DNA from: an uncultured delta proteobacterium
GTDB lineage: Bacteria > Desulfobacterota > Binatia > Binatales > Binataceae
Assembly (NCBI GenBank): GCA_963808235.1
Contig: CAWEEQ010000004.1
Span: 781,084 to 845,083, forward strand
DNA: 64,000 nucleotides
Direction of reading: 5' to 3'
Shown here one piece after another: positions 48,873-58,082 of this stretch. The number at the start of each line of letters is the position of its first letter. The first letter of the stretch is position 1. The notes beneath the pieces are model-generated. The model ran no database searches. It was not told where the DNA came from and was given only the letters and a program-made list of their open reading frames with translations. A program made the translations under genes and the position numbers.

Positions 48873-49745
48873 ATGCTGTTGGAGTCTAAAGAGGTGAAAA
48901 ATTTACGGGATTACCGGATTGAGCCTGATACGGCAATTCCGTTAAGGGTTGTTCGTCCAAGTAGAGTCAGGGAACTAACGATGTTCGAGGGAATATCGAG
49001 AGCGCCGTCTGATCATGGACCAGACGATGAACATGGGAATAGACTCCGCGGCCACCTGAAACGACGGGCCATCGATGAGATCGAACGGCTTTTCGGTTGG
49101 CTGAACAAACGCCAGCGAATCGAACCATCGGCACAACTGGTCAAGGTGAACCTGGGCAGCGGACTCTTCGTGGCTCCGGGATGGATCAACCTGGATGCCA
49201 GCGTAAAAACCGTGTTCGCGAGGCTCCCGCGTTTCGCGCTGCGCTGGACCTATCCGCTGGCGAACGTCCGGAACACGCACTCGCGCGATGAATTCGTCGC
49301 CTTGCTGCGGGATAATCGGTTTATTTTCCACAATTTGAAATATGGAATCCCGCTTCGAGATTCTTCGGTTGATTTCATTTATGCCTCCCACATGTTGCAT
49401 CACCTCTATCGTGACGACGCTTTGAAACTTCTTCGGGAGGCAATCCGGGTGCTCAAGCCAGGCGGCACCATGAGAATTGCGGTGCCAGATCTCGAACTTA
49501 TCGTCCGGCTATATCTGGAAGGGAGACGCGAGCAGGCACTGGGATATTTTTTCTATTTGCGGAGTCCAAGGAGCAACTTGAGCAGGCGCTACTATCAGTA
49601 CGATTTCACGCTCTTGAAGGTTCTTATGGAAGAAGCCGGAGCGCGGAACGTCCGACGTTGCAAGTTTCGGGAGGGCAGGGTCCCTGACCTCGAGCAGCTC
49701 GACCGGTTGTCCGAGGAGACCCTGTTCGTGGAAGGGGAACGTTAA
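48873..49745 (+). CDS. class I SAM-dependent methyltransferase (Methyltransf_11-like)
   Basis: GGAGG RBS. Motif I VNLGSG. Motif post-I/II (FIYASHMLHHL, LKPGGTMRIAVPD). Confidence 0.75.
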   Translation: MLLESKEVKNLRDYRIEPDTAIPLRVVRPSRVRELTMFEGISRAPSDHGPDDEHGNRLRGHLKRRAIDEIERLFGWLNKRQRIEPSAQLVKVNLGSGLFVAPGWINLDASVKTVFARLPRFALRWTYPLANVRNTHSRDEFVALLRDNRFIFHNLKYGIPLRDSSVDFIYASHMLHHLYRDDALKLLREAIRVLKPGGTMRIAVPDLELIVRLYLEGRREQALGYFFYLRSPRSNLSRRYYQYDFTLLKVLMEEAGARNVRRCKFREGRVPDLEQLDRLSEETLFVEGER

Positions 49746-49884
49746 TCTCCCGATCTAAAAAAACTATACATATAAGGATTATATGCTTCAAATATCATCA
49801 AATAGTACTAAGAATCATGGACAGTAATGAAGTCACCATGGTATAATAAGGTACAGCAAGGGGTTTTCGACCCCTGAAGCTATC
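49746..49884. promoter_or_regulatory. AT-rich promoter island upstream of Crp-family regulator
   Basis: About 30% GC over 140 bp containing TATAAT-like hexamers (ggtataataagg). Confidence 0.45.
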
Positions 49885-50718
49885 ATGAAGCGGCTCAGAC
49901 GCCCAAGAAAGCGAATTTTGGATGCTTCCGCCAGTCCGCCGGTGGAAAAGCCCTTGGAAATTCAGGCCCTTTTGAAGCTCTTTCCGACCCTCGAATCCGA
50001 AAAACTCAAACGGCTGGCCGGCGAGATGTCGTTGGTGCGATTCAAACGAGGCGATCGCATTCGCGTCGACACCCAGTCATCGACGGACGTACTGGTGGTT
50101 TTGAAGGGAGCGATCGCGATCACCTGGCAGCACGACAGCCGCCATCAGGTGCTGGTCACGATGCTCGCGCCGGGAGAAATGTACGCGGTTTCCACGCTGC
50201 TACCCGAGATGGCGCAAGGCCTGAAAGGCTGCGCATTCACCAGCAGCCTGGTAGCGACGATCGATTCGAAGAGGCTGGTGGAGATAGTTCTCGGCGTCGG
50301 GCTGGGAGCGTTCAAATCAGCGATGGAAATGACGGTTGGATGGTCGGCCGAAACGCTCATGCGATACATCAAGATGTTTCACATGGCGCCGCGCGATCGT
50401 CTAGTCATTGCGCTGATCGAGATGGGCGCAAAGTTCGGCGTGCGTGACTCGAGAGGCCTCATTCTGAATTTGCCGATGACTCAGAAGGACCTGGCCAACC
50501 TGCTGGGCGCATCGCGGCAAAAGGTCAACGCATACCTGGGCGAACTGGTGCGCATGGGAGCGGTGATCAATCTGAGCCGGCAGATCGTTCTGGTTCCGGA
50601 CAAGCTATTCGCGTTGGTCGGCGATCCCGATGTCCATTACTACAGCGCGCCGCACAAGCATTCGGTTGCCAAACCGCACGACCTCTCGTCGCATTCAAGA
50701 CGCGAGATGCATCTCTAA
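49885..50718 (+). CDS. Crp/Fnr family transcriptional regulator
   Basis: N-terminal cNMP-binding-like beta-roll. C-terminal HTH (QKDLANLLGASRQKVNAYLGELVRMGAV). Confidence 0.75.
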   Translation: MKRLRRPRKRILDASASPPVEKPLEIQALLKLFPTLESEKLKRLAGEMSLVRFKRGDRIRVDTQSSTDVLVVLKGAIAITWQHDSRHQVLVTMLAPGEMYAVSTLLPEMAQGLKGCAFTSSLVATIDSKRLVEIVLGVGLGAFKSAMEMTVGWSAETLMRYIKMFHMAPRDRLVIALIEMGAKFGVRDSRGLILNLPMTQKDLANLLGASRQKVNAYLGELVRMGAVINLSRQIVLVPDKLFALVGDPDVHYYSAPHKHSVAKPHDLSSHSRREMHL

Positions 50719-50778
50719 AAAGTTTGTTGCCGCGATCCGCGTGGAAATACTGCAACCGCGGGATCGCTTGACAGAACC

Positions 50779-51465
50779 TTGGCGCGCAATGTACTTTGCA
50801 TTGCAAAGCTATTTGCCGAATGGGCTCCTGGAATCGCCGACTATATGAAAGACCTGAACGAAGCGCTCACCGAGATCTCGGCGATTCGCGCGCAGATCGT
50901 ACGTACCGCGGAGTTTCGCGGCTATGGACCCGTGACTGTCGCGATGACCAGTCTCGTCGCGATCGCGGCTGCCGTGGTCCAGGCCCGATTCTTCACCGTC
51001 GCGGCGCATGACGTACGGATCTACCTGGCCGTATGGATCTCGACCGCCGCGATCGCGACCGGCCTTATTGGGTTCGAAATGGTGACTCGGTCGCGAACGA
51101 TCCATTCGGGTCTCGCCCAGGAGATGATCTTTCACGCCGTTGAGCAGCTCGTTCCATCGCTAATGGCCGGGGTCCTGATAATGGCCGTGCTAATCAGGGT
51201 CGCTCCTGAAGCCGTCTGGATGCTTCCCGGCCTGTGGCAGATCATCTTCAGCCTTGGCGTATTCGCCTCAGCGCGATTTCTGCCGCGAGCGGTGTTCGCG
51301 GTCGCGGCCTGGTATCTTGTCGCCGGCCTTGTTTGCCTCTCATGGGCTGCGGCCGAGCGCACGCTGTCGCCGTGGATGATGGGAATTCCATTCGGCGTCG
51401 GCCAGTTGCTGGCCGCGTCGATTCTGCAATGGAGTGAAACAGGTATCGATGGCTCAACCGAGTAA
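50779..51465 (+). CDS. integral membrane protein, hypothetical
   Basis: 5-6 TM helices. No recognizable domain. Start could also be M at 50845. Confidence 0.45.
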   Translation: MARNVLCIAKLFAEWAPGIADYMKDLNEALTEISAIRAQIVRTAEFRGYGPVTVAMTSLVAIAAAVVQARFFTVAAHDVRIYLAVWISTAAIATGLIGFEMVTRSRTIHSGLAQEMIFHAVEQLVPSLMAGVLIMAVLIRVAPEAVWMLPGLWQIIFSLGVFASARFLPRAVFAVAAWYLVAGLVCLSWAAAERTLSPWMMGIPFGVGQLLAASILQWSETGIDGSTE

Positions 51466-51835
51466 AGACAAGCCGCGCGCGGGCCGCTTTTCATACGAAG
51501 GTCTCGACCGCGTGATCCACGAGCGGGCCCGGCTCAGCATTCTGACGTCTCTAATCGCCAACAAGCACGGTCTTTTGTTTGCCGATTTGAAGCGGCTCTG
51601 CGCGCTCAGCGACGGTAACCTGAGCCGCCATCTTCAGGTTCTTCAGGAGGCGAAATTGATCGCGGTATCCAAGGGCTTTGAAAAGAATCGGCCGCAGACG
51701 GCATGCCGGATCACCGCGCTGGGACGCGCACGCTACCTCGAATACCTCGAAGTTCTCGAGCAAGTGGTGCGCGATGCGGCGGCGGGGTTGAACGAACAGC
51801 CGCGTGGCGTAGCGGAGCGCCTAGCGCCGACCTGA
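51434..51835 (+). CDS. winged-helix transcriptional regulator (ArsR/MarR-like)
   Basis: wHTH segment [43 protein letters not shown]. Confidence 0.55.
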   Translation: MKQVSMAQPSKDKPRAGRFSYEGLDRVIHERARLSILTSLIANKHGLLFADLKRLCALSDGNLSRHLQVLQEAKLIAVSKGFEKNRPQTACRITALGRARYLEYLEVLEQVVRDAAAGLNEQPRGVAERLAPT

Positions 51836-51860
51836 GATTTTTTTAATTGGTTACTCTACG

Positions 51861-52622
51861 ATGCCAAGTACTCTACAATGCAATGCTAACCTTCACGTCG
51901 CAATTATCATGGATGGCAACGGACGCTGGGCCACCAGCCGCCGTCTGCCGCGCTCCGCTGGCCATCGCGCAGGCATCCAGGCGGTGCGCGCAGCGGTCGA
52001 GGCGGCGTTCGACTTCGGTATCAAAACGCTCACCCTGTTCGCCTTTTCCTCCGACAACTGGCTGCGACCTCGGGACGAGGTCAAGTCGCTGATGTGGATG
52101 CTTCGCGGCTACCTCCGCAGCGACACGCGCCGCTTCATCGAGAGTGGCTCGCGCGTGGTCGTGATCGGCCGCCGCGACCGCTTGCCGGCGTCCATCCGCG
52201 CGGAGATCCGTCGAATCGAACGCGCGACTGCGCACGGCCGACGCCTTACGGTGCGAGTCGCAATCGACTACTCCTCGCGGGATTCCATACTGCGGGCCGC
52301 ATCGAGGCTGCCCGCGGGGCGACTCTGGTCGCGCGAGGATTTCGCGCGCTTCCTGGTCGAGCCGCCTGCAATCGCCGATACCCGTCCGCCGCTCGATAGC
52401 GAGGTTGACCTGCTTATCCGAACCGGTGGCGAGCAGCGGCTTTCCGATTTCATGCTGTGGGAATCGGCGTACGCGGAACTGCTTTTCAGCGATCTGATGT
52501 GGCCCGAGTTCGGAGCCAACGAGCTCAAGTCGGCGGTTGAAGAGTTTCATCGCCGCGAGCGGCGCTTCGGAACCCTCATAATTTCCAAACCCAACGCGGC
52601 CTTCGCGCCAGGAGAATCATGA
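51861..52622 (+). CDS. uppS: isoprenyl transferase (undecaprenyl diphosphate synthase)
   Basis: [38 protein letters not shown] signatures. Confidence 0.85.
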   Translation: MPSTLQCNANLHVAIIMDGNGRWATSRRLPRSAGHRAGIQAVRAAVEAAFDFGIKTLTLFAFSSDNWLRPRDEVKSLMWMLRGYLRSDTRRFIESGSRVVVIGRRDRLPASIRAEIRRIERATAHGRRLTVRVAIDYSSRDSILRAASRLPAGRLWSREDFARFLVEPPAIADTRPPLDSEVDLLIRTGGEQRLSDFMLWESAYAELLFSDLMWPEFGANELKSAVEEFHRRERRFGTLIISKPNAAFAPGES

Positions 52623-53434
52623 ATCGATCAACGCAGGATTGGGTGGATCACTTTCGCTGGAACGGTTCGGTTGCGATGCGCATCCCATGGCATATCGGTC
52701 CCGATTTGAGCGATGAGGAACGGGCTGCGATCTCTCATTCAATCCAGATGTTCCAGCTCGGAGAGAACTCGGAGGGTCGGCATCTGATGCGCTACGCGAA
52801 AGAGTGGGCCGCCCGCACCGGCGACATCGCCTACCCGGAGGCGATCAGGATGCTGATCGTCGAAGAACAGCGCCACGCCGGTGTGCTGGGCCGCTTCATG
52901 GAGGTCAATGGAATTGCGCGCGTCAAAGGCGGCTGCACCGACGGAGTTTTCCGACGGGTGCGAAATATGTTCGGCACGCTGGAGATCTCGATCAGTGTCC
53001 TGGTGACGGCCGAGATCATCGCGAAGATTTACTATCCGGCATTGAGCGAGGCGACCGCGTCGATCGTCCTGCGCGAAATTTGCAAGCAGATTTATCGTGA
53101 GGAAATTGCGCACGTGGAGTTCCAAACCGAGCAACTGGCGCGCATCCGGGCCGGGCGGAATGCGTCGGGCATGTGGGCGACCCGCTTTTTTCACCGCGCG
53201 CTCTTCTATCCGACCGTCATCGTAGTCGGCGCGTCTCATCAGATGACGTTGCGCCGCGGCGGTTTATCGCTGCGGCAGTTCTTCTCGCGATGCCACCGGC
53301 AATTCGTGCGCGACCTTGCCGCGATGGAACCGGACCGGAACTCGCGCCGGAGCGAAGGGCGCGCTATCGAGACCCGAGGAAAAGTGCCTATCGAGGATCT
53401 TCCGTCAACTGCGATTCACAACATTCAGTCATAA
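52619..53434 (+). CDS. ferritin-like diiron domain protein, hypothetical
   Basis: Two ExxH motifs (EEQRH, EEIAHVE) spaced as in ferritin-like/DUF455-type four-helix bundles. ATGA overlap with uppS. Confidence 0.5.
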   Translation: MNRSTQDWVDHFRWNGSVAMRIPWHIGPDLSDEERAAISHSIQMFQLGENSEGRHLMRYAKEWAARTGDIAYPEAIRMLIVEEQRHAGVLGRFMEVNGIARVKGGCTDGVFRRVRNMFGTLEISISVLVTAEIIAKIYYPALSEATASIVLREICKQIYREEIAHVEFQTEQLARIRAGRNASGMWATRFFHRALFYPTVIVVGASHQMTLRRGGLSLRQFFSRCHRQFVRDLAAMEPDRNSRRSEGRAIETRGKVPIEDLPSTAIHNIQS

Positions 53435-53852
53435 TTCTATGACATATAGTTAGCACCAATCCGCGCCACCGAGTCGTAAGGATCCTCGCGATCGATCACC
53501 CCAATAGCTGGATTCGCGAACATCAGCGCGTCCTCGCGGGTATCGCCGGCAGGGCGCTGAAGCCCTGAGCCATGGCGACGCGCTCCGTCGTACCATTAGC
53601 TACGCCGCGTTTCGATTGCTCGATAGAAAGCCCGATCGCCAATCCAGTCAATATCGTTGAGTGTCAACGCGGCGACACTTTCTAGCTTTTCTTAATTTTT
53701 AGGTACAGGATTAATTGAAATCCACCCTTCCCCTTGTGTACCTACTTCACCCAAGACATTTCGAGAATTCGACTGCGGATTGTGTCCTTAGCGCGTTGAC
53801 CTGTTGACCGGTGCCGGCGTGTGTAGGGCGAGAGCTGGGGAGTAGCTCTGGT

Positions 53853-55274
53853 ATGGCAGATCGGTCGCGATGGCAGATTCCGGTTACAACGGTACCCGCA
53901 ATCGTACTTGTGTTGCTTGGTTACGATGGCTTGAACTCGCTCATTGGGGGAGCGCAGGCGATCGTTCCAACGCTGACTTACGTTTCAACATCGAATGGCG
54001 CGACCTTTTTCGTATCTCTTGATGGCAGAGATTCGGGGGCGGGTAGCTCGGGTTCTCCGTGGCGGACGATTCAAAAAGCGGCCGACACGTTGCAGCCCGG
54101 GCAGACCGCGATAGTAGCGGCCGGCAACTACGGCGAGCGGGTGGAGATTTCGCATTCGGGGACGCGGACGGCTCGGATCACATTACGAGCCGCGAGCGGT
54201 GCGGACGTTCAGCTCCTGGGCTTCGATCTTACCGGAAGCAACTGGGTGCTGAGCGGGTTTGATATCTCCACCCGCAGGAACGGGCGCCAGGGCTATGGGA
54301 TCCACGTGTCCGGTTCGGCCTCGCACGACATTATTCAGAACAACTACATCCATGAACTTTGCCGCGAGGGGATTTTCATGGAGTCGGGAGTCTCGTACAT
54401 TTCGGTTCTCAACAACCGCATCTGGCGGGCCGAGATGGCGGGTGCGCAGGTCGACGGCACCGACGACCTGATCGAAGGCAACGAAGTCTGGGGAACTCAG
54501 CAGGAGCCGGTCCGGGCCGGTGGAATCTATTCGGGATGCGTAACGCCCGACGGCGCCGACGCGGACGCGTTCCGCTTCTTCGGGCAGCATAACGTGTTCC
54601 GATCCAACTACGCGCACGACGTCTACACCGCGTTGCCGACCAACCCCGATCCGCATACCGACTGCTTTCAGACCTGGGGCAGCACCGCGATGAAGGTGGA
54701 CGACATCCTCATCGAGCGAAACGTCTGCCGCTGGCCGGTCGCGTCGACCAAGGTGGACGCGTCGACCGCGATGATCGAGGGAATCGACGGGCCGGTGGGA
54801 ACAGTGACCTTCCAGAACAACCAACTGTCGAATATGCGGCAGGGGATTGTCGTCGGGAATAAGGTCGAGGCGCTGAAGATCTACAACAACACCTGGGACC
54901 ACATCGTGGAAGAAGCGCTGATCTTCAACGACACGAGATCTCCTGCCGACGAGATCATCAACAATATTTTCTATGACGTCGGCGCTGGCGGCGATGCTTA
55001 CGCGTCGGTTCCGAGCGGCAGCCCGCTCTTCCGGAGCAACGTCTTCTACATGCCGGGCGGTGCCAGCGTTGGCACTTATCCGAGCGTGGAGCCCTATACA
55101 AGCGTCGATCCGAGGTTCGCCAACCCCGGCGACTCGACCGGTGCCGGCGCCGATCTGCATCTCCAGGAAAGCTCGCCGCTCAAGCGCTCCGGGGTAACGC
55201 TTCCCCAGGTTACCGATGACTACTACGGAACCAGCCGCGCCGGTGCGGCGTACTCAGTGGGTGCCGCGCGATGA
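53853..55274 (+). CDS. secreted right-handed parallel beta-helix protein (pectate-lyase-fold; putative polysaccharide-active enzyme), paralog A
   Basis: Signal-like N-terminus. GSSGSPWRTIQKAADTL..AGNYGERV beta-helix cap and repeated NN.I-type coils. GGGGAG RBS before ATG 53853 (the ORF track starts at GTG 53811). Confidence 0.65.
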   Translation: MADRSRWQIPVTTVPAIVLVLLGYDGLNSLIGGAQAIVPTLTYVSTSNGATFFVSLDGRDSGAGSSGSPWRTIQKAADTLQPGQTAIVAAGNYGERVEISHSGTRTARITLRAASGADVQLLGFDLTGSNWVLSGFDISTRRNGRQGYGIHVSGSASHDIIQNNYIHELCREGIFMESGVSYISVLNNRIWRAEMAGAQVDGTDDLIEGNEVWGTQQEPVRAGGIYSGCVTPDGADADAFRFFGQHNVFRSNYAHDVYTALPTNPDPHTDCFQTWGSTAMKVDDILIERNVCRWPVASTKVDASTAMIEGIDGPVGTVTFQNNQLSNMRQGIVVGNKVEALKIYNNTWDHIVEEALIFNDTRSPADEIINNIFYDVGAGGDAYASVPSGSPLFRSNVFYMPGGASVGTYPSVEPYTSVDPRFANPGDSTGAGADLHLQESSPLKRSGVTLPQVTDDYYGTSRAGAAYSVGAAR

Positions 55275-55509
55275 TTGTCACTATGGGGACACCGTCGCGC
55301 GCAGTCGGCCGTGGACGGGCAGACCGGTTGCGCGATCCCTCATGTGTCAGGGGCGTAGCCTCTCTGCGACAGTTTGTTGCACCTTCCGCAAACAAGGAAC
55401 CAGTTGTCTTAGTGAGTTGTAGCGAATCACTACAACGCGCAACGGCACATTTCGTGCTCCGCAGACTTGTTGGATTCTCGCGTCGCTTTAGGTTGATCGG
55501 GTTCGCATC

Positions 55510-55583
55510 GGAGCGTTGCTGTCGCTCCGGTGCGGACCAATTCAAAGCTCCAGCCGGAGCGTTGCTGTCGTTCCGGCGCGGAC
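55510..55583. repeat. two 28-nt direct repeats, each a 6-bp stem/7-nt loop hairpin (ggagcgttgctgtcgctcc)
   Basis: Read directly: copies at 55510-55537 and 55556-55583 match at 26 of 28 positions. Confidence 0.7.
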
Positions 55584-55772
55584 GGAAACAAACGGAGCGC
55601 GCCGGCAAATGCCCCGCGCTCAGGGGAAAAGGAGTGCGACACTGATGTATCGGTAACTTGCGATGGAGTGCTGTCCATCGCAGGTACCGATCCCACATTG
55701 CACCAAAGCGTTTTTAAGTCAGGCGCCACGTGTTGCCTTTAGTGATCGTGGCGTCGGGCTTGGGGGAGAAAA

Positions 55773-57860
55773 ATGGCAACAGAAAAGGCCTTGGGCCTGC
55801 GCAGGCTAATCCTTGTCGCGGCGATCGGATTTCTTCTGATCCTGCTCGGTCACAGCCGGGCATACGCTGCGAGTCCCATCCACATTAACAAACCGGCACC
55901 CGACTCGGTCGTCTCCGACTTGGTGACCACGCTGGTTCGGGTCAAGCCGAAGGTCGCCAAGATAGTTTTCATGCTCGATGGCAACCCGCTGTCGACCACT
56001 ACCTCAACCAGCTTCACCTGGAATTCGGCGACGGTTGCGAACGGGATGCATACCATCGCCGCCAGCGCCTACTCTTCATCCAACCAGTTGCTGAAGACGG
56101 TCACCGAGCAAATCAGAGTTGCGAACAAAAAACCTCCTCCGCCGACTCGTACTCCGACGCCAACCTCCACGCCGACGGCCACCCCGGTGCTTTCGTTCGT
56201 GTCTCCGACCAGCGGGCAGACGCTCAGCGGATCGATAAGCGTCGCGCTGTCATTCTCGAGCCCACCATCGCAAACCAACCCTGGCGCGGTTTGGTGGACC
56301 GAATTGTCCGTCGACGGTGCACCGGTGGTTTCCGGATACAACAATTTGCCCTGGGACACGACCACGGTCGGCAACGGATCGCATACCTTGCGCGTGGATG
56401 GTTACGCGTACAACGGGACAACTTCGATCGGCAATGCGACCATCAACGTGACGGTCAACAACTCGGGCGTAACCGCAACTCCGACGGCTTCATCGACGCC
56501 CACGATCGGCCCGACGCCGACCGTGACCGCTACACACACGGGCACCCCAACCACCGCTCCGACGCCGACTGCGACACGAACGGCGACTCCGACTCTCGGC
56601 GCGACACCGACTGCGACGTCCACCCTGCACGCGACCCCGACTGCGACGTCAACGCCGGGCGGATGCGTCAGCATCACGGCACCGGCTCCCAGCGCGACCG
56701 TCAATGGCATCGTGGCCATCAACACTAACGACACTTGCTCAGGCGCCTGGTTTGAATCGCTCTACGTCGACGGCGCGCATGTTTCCGACTTTCCGGTCGG
56801 ACAGATCATGTTCACGAGCACTAGCTACGCCAACGGGATGCACACCATCCAGGTGACCAGCCAGAGCACCAATCCGGGTTCGGTCCAGCTTGGCAGCGCG
56901 TCCGAAGCGTTGAACGTGCAGGCGGGTTCGGCGACCAAGACAGCCACCGCGACGCCTACCACGAAGCCGAGCGCGACGCCGACGCCGGGAGGGGGCCATT
57001 ACTCAATGATGGGACCCGGAGCGTCTCTGCCGAGCGAAGCGGCTTGCGTCAGCGCGGTGAACGCGTCGCCTATTCCGGAGAACGCGCCGTGGAACCAGGA
57101 CGACGGCACCGGCTTTAACTCGAATCTGCCTCCATCCGGCGGTGTGCCGGCGTACTTCTACGCCAACGCGCCGTGCTGCAACGAATTGCCGCATGCGGAT
57201 TTTGCCAACGTCGACGGAAACTATTCGGGCTCCACAGATGACCTCATCCGAATCACCGCCTGCAAGTGGGGTATCGACGAAGACTACGTGCGCTCGCAGG
57301 CGTGGATCGAATCCGATTGGCATCAGGACTGCTCCGCGGCGCATGGCGGCTCCGACTGTCAGGAAGGCGGCGATATGGACAGCCCGAGCGGCGATCCGTC
57401 AGGCCTGGCGGTCACTTCGATATCGCCGGGAGGCGTATTCAGCGCCTTCAACGGATTTGGAAATCCCGGCGGCCCAACCGATCACTGGGATTCGTGGAGC
57501 ATCGTTCAGACCAAGGTGTACTACGAGTGGATGACGTGGCCGATGATGGAGGAGTCCACGCCTTTCGGGCTCGATTTTCGCTACGCGGAGATGCGCGGTT
57601 GCGTCAACGGCGATCAATATAGCTACTACAATAGCCAGTCATCCGCGCAGGGCACTGACTATCAGAATGCCGTCAATGCCGCCCGCAACAATCCGAACGG
57701 AGCATCGGCAGTCACAGGCTGGACCAACCTTCAGTACCTTTCGTACGGATGCATCGACACCCACTTTTCCGGCGACTGGTTCAACGGCACAGCCGACAGC
57801 TATCTGAACGAGTTCCTGAACAGGTTGGCAACCGCACCGTGGCCGGGCGGTCTGCAGTAG
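55773..57860 (+). CDS. secreted modular protein, paralog B: Ig-like domains, Thr/Pro linkers, novel Trp/Cys-rich C-terminal domain
   Basis: Signal peptide. The N-terminal 120 aa and the internal CVSITAPAPSATVNG...NVQ domain are nearly identical to paralog C. C-terminal about 300 aa has no recognizable family. Confidence 0.65.
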   Translation: MATEKALGLRRLILVAAIGFLLILLGHSRAYAASPIHINKPAPDSVVSDLVTTLVRVKPKVAKIVFMLDGNPLSTTTSTSFTWNSATVANGMHTIAASAYSSSNQLLKTVTEQIRVANKKPPPPTRTPTPTSTPTATPVLSFVSPTSGQTLSGSISVALSFSSPPSQTNPGAVWWTELSVDGAPVVSGYNNLPWDTTTVGNGSHTLRVDGYAYNGTTSIGNATINVTVNNSGVTATPTASSTPTIGPTPTVTATHTGTPTTAPTPTATRTATPTLGATPTATSTLHATPTATSTPGGCVSITAPAPSATVNGIVAINTNDTCSGAWFESLYVDGAHVSDFPVGQIMFTSTSYANGMHTIQVTSQSTNPGSVQLGSASEALNVQAGSATKTATATPTTKPSATPTPGGGHYSMMGPGASLPSEAACVSAVNASPIPENAPWNQDDGTGFNSNLPPSGGVPAYFYANAPCCNELPHADFANVDGNYSGSTDDLIRITACKWGIDEDYVRSQAWIESDWHQDCSAAHGGSDCQEGGDMDSPSGDPSGLAVTSISPGGVFSAFNGFGNPGGPTDHWDSWSIVQTKVYYEWMTWPMMEESTPFGLDFRYAEMRGCVNGDQYSYYNSQSSAQGTDYQNAVNAARNNPNGASAVTGWTNLQYLSYGCIDTHFSGDWFNGTADSYLNEFLNRLATAPWPGGLQ

Positions 57861-57877
57861 TCGGCGAAAACGAAACA

Positions 57878-57914
57878 GTTGGGGGCGACTGGATACTCAG
57901 TCAGCGCCCCCAAC
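57878..57914 (+). terminator. 10-bp GC-rich perfect stem hairpin (gttgggggcg ... cgcccccaac) 18 nt after the paralog B stop
   Basis: Read directly. No U-tract follows, so assignment as an intrinsic terminator is tentative. Confidence 0.4.
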
Positions 57915-58082
57915 AAATGTCACTGTGGAGACATTTAGATAGTCAATAACGATAGTCAGAACCAGGCTGGAACGAGGTCCGATAGTAGGCGCTGGCTGTA
58001 GATTGCCGGGGAATTGGGTTTTTTAAGCCAGGCACCGCGTGTTGCCTTTAGTGGTCGTGGTGCCGGGCTTGGGGGAGAAAAA

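Noticed and set aside
32512-53434. Possibility that the EPS locus encodes a mobile integrative element because of adjacent excisionase-family genes
   Set aside because: No integrase, relaxase, transposase or flanking direct repeats were found. The Xis-like genes are more parsimoniously interpreted as small HTH regulators.
54183-55160. 325-aa minus-strand ORF antisense to beta-helix paralog A
   Set aside because: Low-complexity Arg/Val/Asp composition. The sense strand is conserved as protein across paralogs A and C.
56291-56734. Multiple overlapping ORFs (plus and minus strand) within 56.2-56.8 kb and 58.3-59.1 kb
   Set aside because: Artefacts of the Thr/Pro-linker coding repeats (ACN/CCN periodic DNA read in other frames: Arg/His/Asp or Val/Gly/Ala runs).
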